In this document: one piece after another, positions 36,421-45,628 of the stretch
How positions within the stretch are numbered: the first letter of the stretch is position 1
How the letters are laid out: every line of letters starts with the position of its first letter
Assembly: GCA_023473665.1 (NCBI GenBank)
Contig: JAMCYM010000001.1
Location: 52,923-116,922, forward strand
Origin: Candidatus Marsarchaeota archaeon
GTDB taxonomy: Archaea; Micrarchaeota; Micrarchaeia; Micrarchaeales; Micrarchaeaceae
Length of the DNA: 64,000 nucleotides
Direction: 5' to 3'
Notes under the pieces: generated by a model
Told to the model about the DNA's origin: nothing
Seen by the model: the letters and a program-made list of their open reading frames with translations, nothing else
Database searches by the model: none
Position numbers and translations under genes: made by a program

Positions 36421-39250
36421 TTAAGCCACCTAGAGGATGGCTTGGCTATAGCAGCGATGAAGGCCGTGGCAAGCTGCGATAAGCCCGGGGTAGCCGCAAG
36501 TCAGGCTTTGAACCCGGGATTGCCGAATTGCGCACAGCGATGTGCGAGCACACGCGGGGAACTGAAATATCTTAGTACCCGCAGGAAAAGAAAGCGAAAG
36601 CGATGCGGTAAGTAATGCGAATGAAAGCCGCACAGGGCGAACTGAATCCCGCTTTGCAAAAGGCGCGGAGATGTGGGGCAGCGCCGATCCAGGACATGAG
36701 CCGAGCGCGCTGGAAAGCGCGGCCATAGAGAGTGACAGCCTCGTAGGCTAAGTGCGATGGACCTGCTGCCGGAGAGTAATTCCGCTCGAGTATGCGGAGT
36801 GAAGACGGGGGCATTAAACCCCAACCCTAAATATTGGCTATAGACCGATAGCGAACAAGTAGCGTGAGCGAAAGCTGAAAAGAACCCACACGCGTGGGAG
36901 TGAAAAGATCTGAAACTAGGTGGTGACACGAAGGTATGGCGAGGAAGGAATGATGTGCGCCGAAGCGCGAGCTTGAGAAGGCTTAGCGAGGCGCAAGAAC
37001 CATTGTCATGCCATTCTTCTTGAAGCAAGAGCCAGGGAGTGTATGGATGTGGCGAGCCGTAAGGCGTAGCGAAAGCGAGAGCGCGCAGCATGCGAGGCGC
37101 GAGGTATGAAAATGCCCAAGTCACACTCATACGACCCGAAGCCACTGCGAACTACGCGCGCCCAAGGCGAAGCTAGGCTAACGCCTGGTGGAGGCCTGCA
37201 ACCTGTCATGGCATGCCCTGTTGGGTGAGGCGCGGGTAGCGGCGATATACCACTCGAGCGTGGCAATAGCGGGTCCCCTCTGAAGTATCTTTAGGATAGC
37301 TCCGGGCGAGCTTGCGCACGCGGTAGAGCGACCGATTGATGGGTATGGGTCCGGAAGGACTCGCCTGTCCGTCAAACTCCGAATGCATGCGCTGCGTAGA
37401 CCCCGGGAGTCGGCGGTGTTGGGTAAGCTAGCACCGCGAGACTGCAAAGATAGTGACCAAGGTTAAGGTCCCCAAATCCTAGTTAAGTGCAAAGAAAGCG
37501 AGAAGCGCCACAGACAGCTGGGAGGTAGGCTCAGAAGCAGCCATCCTTCAAAAAACGCGTAATAGCGTACCAGTTGAGGCGTTCCTTTCTGAAAATATAC
37601 GGGGCTAAACTAGGTACCGAGACCCTGGAGTGCGAAAGCACTGGTAAGAGGGCGTACGGCGCGGCTGGAAGCATGCGCGAGAGCACATGTGGACCGCGCC
37701 GCAGTGAACATCCTGGTGTTAGTAATAGCATATATGGGTGAGAATCCCATACACCGTAAGCACACGGGTTTCTTCGCAACGCTTGTCAGCGGAGAGTTAG
37801 GCGATCCTAAGCGGCGGGCCAATCACCTCGCCGCAAAAGGGAAGCTGGTTAATATTCCAGCCCCTAACGTGTAGGTGTGGCAACACAAGGCAGATTTCTG
37901 ACGCCTGGGGATAGGTCCGCAAGAAAGTGCAAAGGGCTGTGGAGTCTCGTTATGAGGAGAAGCAGCTAAATGAACTGTTGGACTGATTTCTTGGGCCCGT
38001 GAAAAGGGAATCTGCAACGATCACGTTAGTCCGTACCTAGAACCAGTACAGGTGCTGCTGGCTTAAAAGGCCAAGGTGTGTCGGAATAACCATGGTTAGG
38101 GAATTCGGCAAAATAGTGGCGTAAGTTTTCGACAAGCCATGTCTGCGCCTAGTAAGCGCAGATGTCACTGACAAGGGAACAACGACTGTTTATCAAAAAC
38201 ACAACTCACCGCAAAGCCGAAAGGCTAAGTACAGTGGGTGACGCCTGCTCACCGCCAGTACGTGAACACCCTTTTCAAGGGGGATAAGCGCTGGCAAAGA
38301 GCGGGAGTAACTCTGACTCTCTTGAGGTAGCGTAATACCTCGTCACTTAATAGGTGACTTGCATGAAGGGCGTAACGATTGTTCCACTGTCCCAACCATG
38401 GATCCGGTGAACTCACTTCGTGGTGAATATGCCACGATCCTCCAGTGGGAAATGAAGACTCTATGAAGCTTGACTACAGCCTGCTGTTGTTGTCCGGTTT
38501 GCCATACATAGCGTAAGTGGGAGCGTCGATGCGCGCGCTGCGGCGCGCGCGGAGCGACAATGTAACACCACTTTTGGCTTTCCGTACAGCTTACCCGAGA
38601 GGGGACAGCTACAGGTGGGTAGTTAGACTGGACGGTTACTTTCGATAGGGAAACGAAAGCGACCAAAGCTCTGCTTAGGCGAGTTGGAAACTCGCCGCTA
38701 AGCAAAAAGGCAAATGCAGGGCTGACTGTGCACTGAAAAGCGTGGTGCGCAGACTGGAAACAGGGGCTTAACGAACGTTGGTAGCTCTTTTAATGGGGCT
38801 CCAAGCTGTCAGACAAGTTACTCTAGAGGTAACCGATTCGTCGCCGGCGAGAGTTCACATCGACCTGGCGCATTGATACATCGTTATGGGCTTGGGTTAT
38901 CCTGGTGGTGCACAAGCTGCCAAGGGTTGGGCTGTACGCCCATTAAAAACTCACATGAGCTGCGTTCAGTACGTCGCGAGACAGTACGGTAGTATCTACT
39001 GGAGGTGTAAGTGCCAGAGGATAAGACCCCCTTAATACGAGAGGAACGGGGGATCGGCGCCACTGGTGTACCTGTTGTGAATGCATTGCAGGGTAGCTAC
39101 GCGCCAAATGGATAAGTCCTGAAAGCATCTAAGGACGAAGCCAGACCCGAAACGAGGCACTAGGGCGGCCGCAATCGACGGCTTTGATAGGAGGGGTGCG
39201 CAAGCAGGGAGCTCACGCGACCTGCGAACATTCCCTTACTAACGCCTTAC
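36421..39250 (+). rRNA. rrl: 23S rRNA (stand-alone; ends approximate)
   Basis: GAACTGAAATATCTTAGTACCC, GACCGATAGCGAACAAGTA, AGGGAATTCGGCAAA, GGTAGCGTAATACCTCGTC, SRL TACGAGAGGAAC and GAAAGCATCTAAG landmarks. Confidence 0.97.
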
Positions 39251-39268
39251 TTGCAAGCTCTCTTCTCC

Positions 39269-39281
39269 AATTTTTTTGTTT
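39269..39281 (+). terminator. T-tract after the 23S flanking stem
   Basis: AATTTTTTTGTTT directly after the 3' strand of the terminal stem. Confidence 0.5.
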
Positions 39282-39350
39282 GCTTAATGCCCTAGCGGAG
39301 CCGCTCTACCTCGTACATCCAACGCGCAGCATGATTTGAGGCTGCACGCC

Positions 39351-39860
39351 TCACTTCTTATTGTCGTCGCTCCGCTTCTCCAGGAAACGCTTGCCTATCT
39401 CGGCCCTGTTCACAAGGCTCGTGTTCATCGCCTCTATCTCCTCTGGCTTGAGCACGCGCTCCAGTATGAACCTCGAATACGTGGCCGATAACTGCGACAT
39501 GTCCATGAGCATGTTCTGCAGCTCGCCCATCTTGAAGCTCAGGTCCTTTGTCGGCTTTAGTATCTCTATGCCCGCAGGTGCATAGTTGAATGCGATGTTT
39601 ATTATCGACATAAAGTTCTCAAACAGAACCGTGATTACGGCGCTGGTGGTATAGACGTCCTTCTGCTGCAGCGGCTCCTCTATGGCGCCATAGCAATAGA
39701 CCACCCCCTTCTCCTTCATCAGGTGGTTGTTGATAAGGTCAGTCATCAAAGGCTGCAGCTGTTCCTTGTCCTTGTGCTGCATGTCGAAGTAGAACTTTAC
39801 CAGCACGCCCCCTCTTGCGATCTTCTCTTCTGTTACTTTGTCTACCTCTGATTTTGCCAT
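39351..39860 (-). CDS. Conserved hypothetical archaeal protein
   Basis: Clean ORF with host-like codon usage in an operon with thioredoxin; NYAPAGIEILKP motif. Confidence 0.7.
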   Translation of the reverse strand: MAKSEVDKVTEEKIARGGVLVKFYFDMQHKDKEQLQPLMTDLINNHLMKEKGVVYCYGAIEEPLQQKDVYTTSAVITVLFENFMSIINIAFNYAPAGIEILKPTKDLSFKMGELQNMLMDMSQLSATYSRFILERVLKPEEIEAMNTSLVNRAEIGKRFLEKRSDDNKK

Positions 39861-39873
39861 GGCATTGCCCACA

Positions 39874-40194
39874 TTACTTGTTGCTCTCTATCCATCTCTT
39901 AAGCATTTCCTTAGGCACTGCGCCTACGCTCTGCGCCTTCACCTTGCCCTTCTCGAACAGCAGCGTTGTCGGTATGCTCATTATGCCGTACTTGTTGGCC
40001 AGTTCCGGGTTTTCGTCGGCATCTATCTTCACAAACTTTATCTTGCCATCGTAGTCTTTCGACACCTCCTCTATGACGGGCGAATATATCCTGCACGGCC
40101 CGCACCACACTGCCCACACGTCGGCTATGACTGGCATGTCCGACTTAAGCACTTCCCCTTCGAAAGTCTTCTCAGTGACGTCTATAACACTCAT
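39874..40194 (-). CDS. trxA: Thioredoxin
   Basis: WCGPC and SIPT motifs. Confidence 0.96.
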   Translation of the reverse strand: MSVIDVTEKTFEGEVLKSDMPVIADVWAVWCGPCRIYSPVIEEVSKDYDGKIKFVKIDADENPELANKYGIMSIPTTLLFEKGKVKAQSVGAVPKEMLKRWIESNK

Positions 40195-40320
40195 TTCTGC
40201 TCACCTAAAATTTGCATATTGTTAGCGCATCAGGAATATTTAAACCTTGTGTGAGCGGGTTTTTATCGCGGACCATAGCCCTCGGACTGATGTGACAGGC
40301 AAAGATATTTATGTCTAATG

Positions 40321-40344
40321 ACACATAAATATGTGTAATATGTG
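40321..40344. promoter_or_regulatory. Palindromic operator candidate upstream of the RHH gene
   Basis: ACACATA-AA-TATGTGT plus an extra TATGTG half-site, between TATTTATG and the ATG. Confidence 0.55.
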
Positions 40345-40352
40345 GTAATTGC

Positions 40353-40715
40353 ATGACAAAGAATATGACTTTGACAGTACCGGACGACGTCTGGCGGGCG
40401 ATGAAGGAGCACCCAGAGATCAATTGGAGCACAGTGGCGCGGAAAGCATTCATTTCATTCGTTAAGGTCCTGTCGAAAGCGGAGGACACCGAGAGCAGGC
40501 TGGCAAAGGAGTACGGCCCCGGCATGGTGAGCCGGGTAAACTTTGGGATAAGCGAAAACTACAACGAAAACAAGTATCCGGGCGAGGCCGGTATGATTGG
40601 GGCGGGATTCAATGCCGGCATCAACTTCAATATGAGCATAACCCCAACAATCAATAGGTCCCAAGAGAAGAAGACAACCCTGGAAAACACCCTCAAAGAC
40701 GCACTGAAAGACTAA
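40353..40715 (+). CDS. Ribbon-helix-helix (antitoxin-like) DNA-binding protein
   Basis: KNMTLTVPDDVWRAMKEHPEINWSTVARKA N-terminus. Confidence 0.7.
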   Translation: MTKNMTLTVPDDVWRAMKEHPEINWSTVARKAFISFVKVLSKAEDTESRLAKEYGPGMVSRVNFGISENYNENKYPGEAGMIGAGFNAGINFNMSITPTINRSQEKKTTLENTLKDALKD

Positions 40716-40842
40716 GCCGGATTAAGGGCGGCCAAGGTCATAGCTGGCGGCCTGCAGCTCTTTGACCGGACGCATTGAATAACGTCGCTTCCGCTAATTG
40801 TGCGCCTGCATCAGATTTAAATGCGTTTAACCACACAATAAG

Positions 40843-40902
40843 CCAGTGATGAAAAGAGAGTCAGCTGAGCTAAGGCTGTGATGTGGATCTTGAGTGCTGA
40901 AA
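40843..40902 (+). ncRNA. C/D-box guide sRNA
   Basis: C box GTGATGA 40846, D' CTGA 40865, C' GTGATGT 40878, D CTGA 40897; two 12-nt guides with recognisable targets; TTTAAATG TATA at 40816. Confidence 0.88.
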
Positions 40903-40914
40903 TGGAGTGAGCGC

Positions 40915-41121
40915 ATGGCGATATCGAAGGGCGACGTCAAGAAATTCGTGAAGGAGCGCTTCAACGTCATGATGGAGGATGCTGCAGCGGAGAAGATGGC
41001 AGAGATGCTAGAGAGCAAGGCCGCAGAGATAGCCAAGTATGCCGTTGAACATGCTAAGAAAGGCAGCAAGGCCGTCTGCGCAGAGGATATAGACGCCTAC
41101 AAGCTTGAGCACGGGAATTGA
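40915..41121 (+). CDS. Archaeal histone-fold protein (divergent)
   Basis: 68 aa; DAAAEKMAEMLESKAAEIAKYAVEHAKKGSKAVCAEDI fits histone-fold alpha2-L2-alpha3. Confidence 0.75.
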   Translation: MAISKGDVKKFVKERFNVMMEDAAAEKMAEMLESKAAEIAKYAVEHAKKGSKAVCAEDIDAYKLEHGN

Positions 41122-41664
41122 ATGCAGGCAGCCATCTCAGAAAGCCCACGCCACTCGATACGCCTGGACTATGGGGAGCATGCACGGACCACCATGCTCT
41201 GGGAGCCCATAAACAAAGACTATGCTTTAGAGACTACGTTCGATGCACAGGGCGCAATATTAAATCAAAAGTTGGTAAGGCTGAACGGGCATACAATACG
41301 CGACATGGTATCGGATTTCATAGAGAGCTCCGGCATAGAGTCCAGGGAGAGCGTATACGAGGAGGTGCGCCTGGGCGCCAGATGCCCAAAGTGCGGCTCG
41401 CCCGAGCTCAGGCGTTCCGCGCAATCCGCGTCAAGCCCCGACAACGTGCCTGTCATGCCCATGTATGTCTGCCAAGCCTGCGGCGCAAAGAGCTATTACC
41501 TGACAGATTCCTACCTGAAGGAGCTCGTCAGGCACAACAAGGCTCTATTCGAACCAAAAGAGCTTGAGGAGCTCGATGGAAATGAGGAAAGGTTTATAAA
41601 AGAGATTAGAGAGTATATATCGCGCATGTTTGCGTCGAAGAAAATTCTAAGCATAAAGCTATGA
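41122..41664 (+). CDS. Hypothetical zinc-ribbon protein
   Basis: CPKCG and CQACG pair. Confidence 0.65.
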   Translation: MQAAISESPRHSIRLDYGEHARTTMLWEPINKDYALETTFDAQGAILNQKLVRLNGHTIRDMVSDFIESSGIESRESVYEEVRLGARCPKCGSPELRRSAQSASSPDNVPVMPMYVCQACGAKSYYLTDSYLKELVRHNKALFEPKELEELDGNEERFIKEIREYISRMFASKKILSIKL

Positions 41665-41682
41665 TGCGCAATTGATGATACA

Positions 41683-41928
41683 ATGGCTACTCTTTTGTCA
41701 GACCTGTATGGGAAGCAGATAATCACTACGACCGGCAACAAGCTCGGTCTCGTGGAAGACGTAATACTCGACTTCGAGTCCGGTACTGTGTCAAACCTGC
41801 TTCTGACTAAGATCGATAATCTTGTCAAGTCCCAGAACACAGCAACGGAACTAAGGAAGAACAGCGTCTCCTACGACCGCGTCAAGAACGTCTCCGAGAC
41901 CATAATAGTTGGTACACAGAAGCTGTAA
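41683..41928 (+). CDS. PRC-barrel domain protein
   Basis: LSDLYGKQIITTTG-x-x-LG-x-VEDVILD...YDRVKNVSETIIV. Confidence 0.88.
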   Translation: MATLLSDLYGKQIITTTGNKLGLVEDVILDFESGTVSNLLLTKIDNLVKSQNTATELRKNSVSYDRVKNVSETIIVGTQKL

Positions 41929-41953
41929 CAATCCCGGTTCTGCTTCTGCAGCA

Positions 41954-42085
41954 TCAGTCAGTAGAGATCTCTCTCGGCACGTTGGGCCTCTTCTTAACTA
42001 GTATGCGCCCACCGCAGTAGGTGCACCTCGTGAAGCCCTCGAGTTCCTTTATCTCCTTCCCGCAACTTGCGCATATGTAAACCAT
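41954..42085 (-). CDS. rpoP: RNA polymerase subunit Rpo12 (P)
   Basis: YICASCG...RCTYCGGRILVKKR; true start at 42085. Confidence 0.92.
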   Translation of the reverse strand: MVYICASCGKEIKELEGFTRCTYCGGRILVKKRPNVPREISTD

Positions 42086-42126
42086 TAAAGCACCTATTGC
42101 CAATTTAGCGTTCGAAATATAAATGC

Positions 42127-42486
42127 CTATCTGTTCTTCTTCAGCCATTTCACGAACTCGTTGTGCAGTGCGGACTTGCTCGTGTCTATCACGCGTATCT
42201 TGAGCGTCGAGGCGTTGTAGTGCTCGTCATTCAGGTCAAGGACCGATGAATAGTCCTTCATCTCGCAGAAGTGCACCTCCATCCAGTGTATTGTGCCGTC
42301 CATGTAGTCGTCAATTACCCTCTTGGACATCGGAACCGAAGAGAAGCTGAAGAGTATTCCGTTGCACCAGTAAAGCGGCATTGTGCCGGCAGGCGTGACA
42401 CGCTCCCTGAGCAGGTCGTCTGCCTGCACCTTCACGGCCTCATGCACCACCAGCTCCTGTATCGGTGCGTATGTTATCTTAACCAT
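42127..42486 (-). CDS. Hypothetical protein between rpl37ae and rpoP
   Basis: 119-aa ORF from MVKITYAPIQELVVHE; host-like codon usage; operonic spacing. Confidence 0.7.
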   Translation of the reverse strand: MVKITYAPIQELVVHEAVKVQADDLLRERVTPAGTMPLYWCNGILFSFSSVPMSKRVIDDYMDGTIHWMEVHFCEMKDYSSVLDLNDEHYNASTLKIRVIDTSKSALHNEFVKWLKKNR

Positions 42487-42506
42487 ATAATCACAGTTTA
42501 AGCACT

Positions 42507-42749
42507 TCAGCGCTGCGCGTTCAGATTCTCTATCTGGCGCCTCGCCATCTCGCCGGCCGGAGTAGTCATAGTGTATGCACCGCCAGCGTATACCTTGCCG
42601 CAGTGGGTGCACTTCCATATGCTCGTGCCTATGCGCCTGACAGTCATGCGCCCGCACGCCTCGCACTTGTAGTGCGCAGCCTTCTGCCTTCTCACAGCGT
42701 CGGCCCTCTTCCTTATCCTCGCGCCGTATCTAACGCTTGCGTTGACCAT
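42507..42749 (-). CDS. rpl37ae: 50S ribosomal protein L37Ae (eL43)
   Basis: RYGARIRK, CEACG and IWKCTHCG-x-x-YAGGAY motifs. Confidence 0.95.
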   Translation of the reverse strand: MVNASVRYGARIRKRADAVRRQKAAHYKCEACGRMTVRRIGTSIWKCTHCGKVYAGGAYTMTTPAGEMARRQIENLNAQR

Positions 42750-42753
42750 GCAA

Positions 42754-43539
42754 TCACCTAACGCTCTCCTCTATGAGCTTCCTTAGCTCTGCGTGCTTCT
42801 TGAACGATTCATTTATAAGGCCTTTTATCTCGTCGGCGCTGAAGGCGCCGCTGAGCCCCTTCTGCATAGCGCGTATTACAGAGCCATCGGTCTCTATGGT
42901 GAGCCTGGCGTCGGCTGCGTCCTCCTCTGTTCCCGTCATGTCGAGCACCAGCTTGCCGTCTATCTTGCCGAACGTGGTAGAAGTGACAATTGTGTTTATC
43001 TTGGCTGGCTTATCGCGCTTAGAGTAATCCGCCGCGCCATCGCTATAGCTTGGCATCTTCGTGATGGAGAGCGCAGCCATCGCTGCGATCTCGCATGCGT
43101 CGAACAGGTTGCCGTCGTAGTTGAGGATATACAGGTCAATGTAGGCGCTCCATGCCTTGCCTTCCTCTATGAACATGCTCTCAAGGTCTAGGCAGTTGCC
43201 CGCGCGTATGCCCCTATCAACTACCCGTGCGAGCTCTATCGCGTCAGGGCTCGGCGGCCCTGTCTCGTAATCCGCATTGGCGAGCGGCAGCAGCTCTGCC
43301 GACATCACCAGGTTGCCCTGGTTAGGGGTATCGGGCTTCGGCTCCTCAATCACCACCTTCACGCCCGCAAGCACGCGGGTGTTGCCGAGGTCGACCTGCG
43401 CAGACCCCTCCGCATGGTCTATAATGCCAGTCTTTATCGATATCTTCCTGAAATCGAGCATGCCTCTGGAATCCTCCCTCTGACCCTTGGCAAGCAGCTC
43501 CTTTATGTATCCCTTCCTCACTATGTCCAGCGCGCTCAT
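42754..43539 (-). CDS. rrp42: Exosome complex component Rrp42
   Basis: AEGSA-x-V-x-LG, ELARVVDRGIR and DGNLFDA motifs. Confidence 0.95.
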   Translation of the reverse strand: MSALDIVRKGYIKELLAKGQREDSRGMLDFRKISIKTGIIDHAEGSAQVDLGNTRVLAGVKVVIEEPKPDTPNQGNLVMSAELLPLANADYETGPPSPDAIELARVVDRGIRAGNCLDLESMFIEEGKAWSAYIDLYILNYDGNLFDACEIAAMAALSITKMPSYSDGAADYSKRDKPAKINTIVTSTTFGKIDGKLVLDMTGTEEDAADARLTIETDGSVIRAMQKGLSGAFSADEIKGLINESFKKHAELRKLIEESVR

Positions 43540-44270
43540 TGGCTCACCCCAGTATCGTAGACACGCTTCAGCGCATCGCGCTGCAGCGCGCTTATCGTCT
43601 TGCCCGCGTCTATCGCCATCTTGACGGCCTCGTCGAACTGCTCAGCTGTTAGACCTCCGTCCATCTGGAGCAGCAGCAGCTCGTTGTTCCTCGGCGATAT
43701 GGCCATTGGCATGTCAGCGTCAGAATAGTTGTCCTCGATCATGTTGAAGTCAAGCGTGACATGGTCGCCGATGCGCCCCGCGCTGACTGCGTAGACAAGA
43801 TCCTTCATCTTTATGCCCGCGTTGGCGAACGCTACCGATGCGGCGGTGAGCCCCGCAGCGCGGGTTCCGCCGTCGCCCTGCAGTATCTCTATGAATATGT
43901 CGATCTCGCTGCCGGGGAAATCGCTGGTTATCACCACGTTCTCGAAGACCTCCTTTATCACCTTGGAGATCTCGGTCGCGCGCCTGTTCGGGCCGGTCCT
44001 GTTGTGCTCCCCAAGCGACGAGAATGGCGCCATCTGGTACCTGCACTTGATTATCGCTTTGCTCGGATCTGCAAGATGCTTCGGCCTTGCCTCCCTCGGT
44101 CCGAATACGGCCGCGATTATCTTGTTGTTGCCCCATTCAAGGTACGCCGAGCCATCGGCGTTCTTGAGTATGCCTGCCTCTATCCTTATCGGCCTGAGCT
44201 CTCCGAAATCCCTGCCGTCGAGCCTCTTGCCGTTCACTATCAGTTCCGGTTTGTTTAAAGACGATGCCAT
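43536..44270 (-). CDS. rrp41: Exosome complex exonuclease Rrp41
   Basis: RLDGR, ADGSAYLEWG, DGGTR and EDNYSDADMP motifs. Confidence 0.95.
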   Translation of the reverse strand: MASSLNKPELIVNGKRLDGRDFGELRPIRIEAGILKNADGSAYLEWGNNKIIAAVFGPREARPKHLADPSKAIIKCRYQMAPFSSLGEHNRTGPNRRATEISKVIKEVFENVVITSDFPGSEIDIFIEILQGDGGTRAAGLTAASVAFANAGIKMKDLVYAVSAGRIGDHVTLDFNMIEDNYSDADMPMAISPRNNELLLLQMDGGLTAEQFDEAVKMAIDAGKTISALQRDALKRVYDTGVSQ

Positions 44271-44274
44271 AGAC

Positions 44275-44898
44275 TCACTTGCTTTGTGCGTTTTCATTCA
44301 TTCTTTCGAGCATGCTTTTTATCCTTTCGGTAAGGCCGGTCGTGTGCGCCTCGCGCTCTACGGTCAGCACCGCTGCTGTAGCCGCCGCGACATTGCTCCC
44401 GCGCATCCATACAATCCCGTTTCTGCCGACTATTATATTGCATCCGGTAAGCTCTATTATCTGCGTGATCATAGTGTTGGCCTTGCCTATCAGCCTTGGC
44501 ACCCTAACTGCCTTTATCCGCATGAGCAGTCCAGCCCGCAAGAGCTTGGGCCTCTCGAGAATGGCGAGCCTCTTGTGCTCTACGTCGCGTATCTCAGCTT
44601 CTATCACGTCGCCCACCACATACCTTGCGTTGTCGTACTTGTCCTGTATTAGCAATCCGTCGATTGCCTCATCGAGCGTGATGCCATAAACGCCGTTCCT
44701 GCCTACCCTCTCCACAATGCCTACGACTACGTCGCGGGGCCTTGGCTTCCATCTGCCCTCCAGTTGTATGATGTCATTGTGCGTGCTGTCGTACAGCCCG
44801 ACCACCTCAGAGCGCGTCTTGTAGCCGTCGAAGTAAGTGTTTTCGACTGAAAGCTGCCTGTCCGATATGGCTGTACCCGGTAGCACTATCTCCCGCAT
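44275..44898 (-). CDS. rrp4: Exosome complex RNA-binding protein Rrp4
   Basis: S1 plus KH domain; VPRLIGK, VGRNGIVW and EAHTTGLT motifs. Confidence 0.92.
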   Translation of the reverse strand: MREIVLPGTAISDRQLSVENTYFDGYKTRSEVVGLYDSTHNDIIQLEGRWKPRPRDVVVGIVERVGRNGVYGITLDEAIDGLLIQDKYDNARYVVGDVIEAEIRDVEHKRLAILERPKLLRAGLLMRIKAVRVPRLIGKANTMITQIIELTGCNIIVGRNGIVWMRGSNVAAATAAVLTVEREAHTTGLTERIKSMLERMNENAQSK

Positions 44899-44907
44899 TA
44901 ATATCGC

Positions 44908-45591
44908 TCAAACTATTTTTATTGCGACCCTTCCCTGCGTCGCGTTGTTCATCTTCTGGTAGAAGTCGTTCTGCAGCCCAGCCGGGAACTCCACCGTCGC
45001 CTGCAGCGATCCGTCGCCCAGCCATTGCTCCGACTTCAGCCCGAACTGCTTGAGTATGCCGTAGCACCTGTTCGAGGCGTCAGCCGGTATTGTTACCTCC
45101 ATCTTCACCACTGCGAACTTTATCGGAACCAGCATGTTTATCTTCTTGACTACCTCATCTATCTGCTCGGTCGCATTCTTGAACGGGTCTATCGATACCC
45201 TCGCTTCTTTCATCGCATTCTCGATCCTGAGCGCGGGCATCGGTGCATTGGTCCTGGGGTCTATCGCGTTCCTTGCTATGGTCTCTACTATCTGCTTGCG
45301 CTTCTCCTCCGCAAACCTGTTCCTCTGCTCGGTAGTTATGGGCACATCGCCCTTCTTGAGTATGTGGTCGACAACGGCCGCAAGGTCGGTTGTGCCGAAC
45401 GCCTTCTTTATCTTGTCCTCGCTCTGGCGTTCGCCCTTCCTTGCGTCCTTGAAGATCTCCTCGGCCTCAAGCACGCTCATCGGATCCTTGCGCTTTCCAG
45501 TTATGTACTCGTACGCGAGGTCAGAATTGACCAGGATCTCGAAATCGTCCTTGTTCGCAGAGAACTTCGCGATTACGGTTTTAGATGGCAT
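44908..45591 (-). CDS. sdo1: Ribosome maturation factor SBDS/SDO1
   Basis: FEILV, IFKDARKGE, FGTTD and IDPRT-x-x-P motifs. Confidence 0.95.
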   Translation of the reverse strand: MPSKTVIAKFSANKDDFEILVNSDLAYEYITGKRKDPMSVLEAEEIFKDARKGERQSEDKIKKAFGTTDLAAVVDHILKKGDVPITTEQRNRFAEEKRKQIVETIARNAIDPRTNAPMPALRIENAMKEARVSIDPFKNATEQIDEVVKKINMLVPIKFAVVKMEVTIPADASNRCYGILKQFGLKSEQWLGDGSLQATVEFPAGLQNDFYQKMNNATQGRVAIKIV

Positions 45592-45628
45592 TCAATCACA
45601 CCGCGCCGGTGCGCTGGCGTGCATCGCC

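Noticed and set aside
36352..39128. ORFs overlapping the 23S gene
   Set aside because: Spurious frames within rRNA; the gene is about 2.8 kb, leaving no room for an intron-encoded endonuclease
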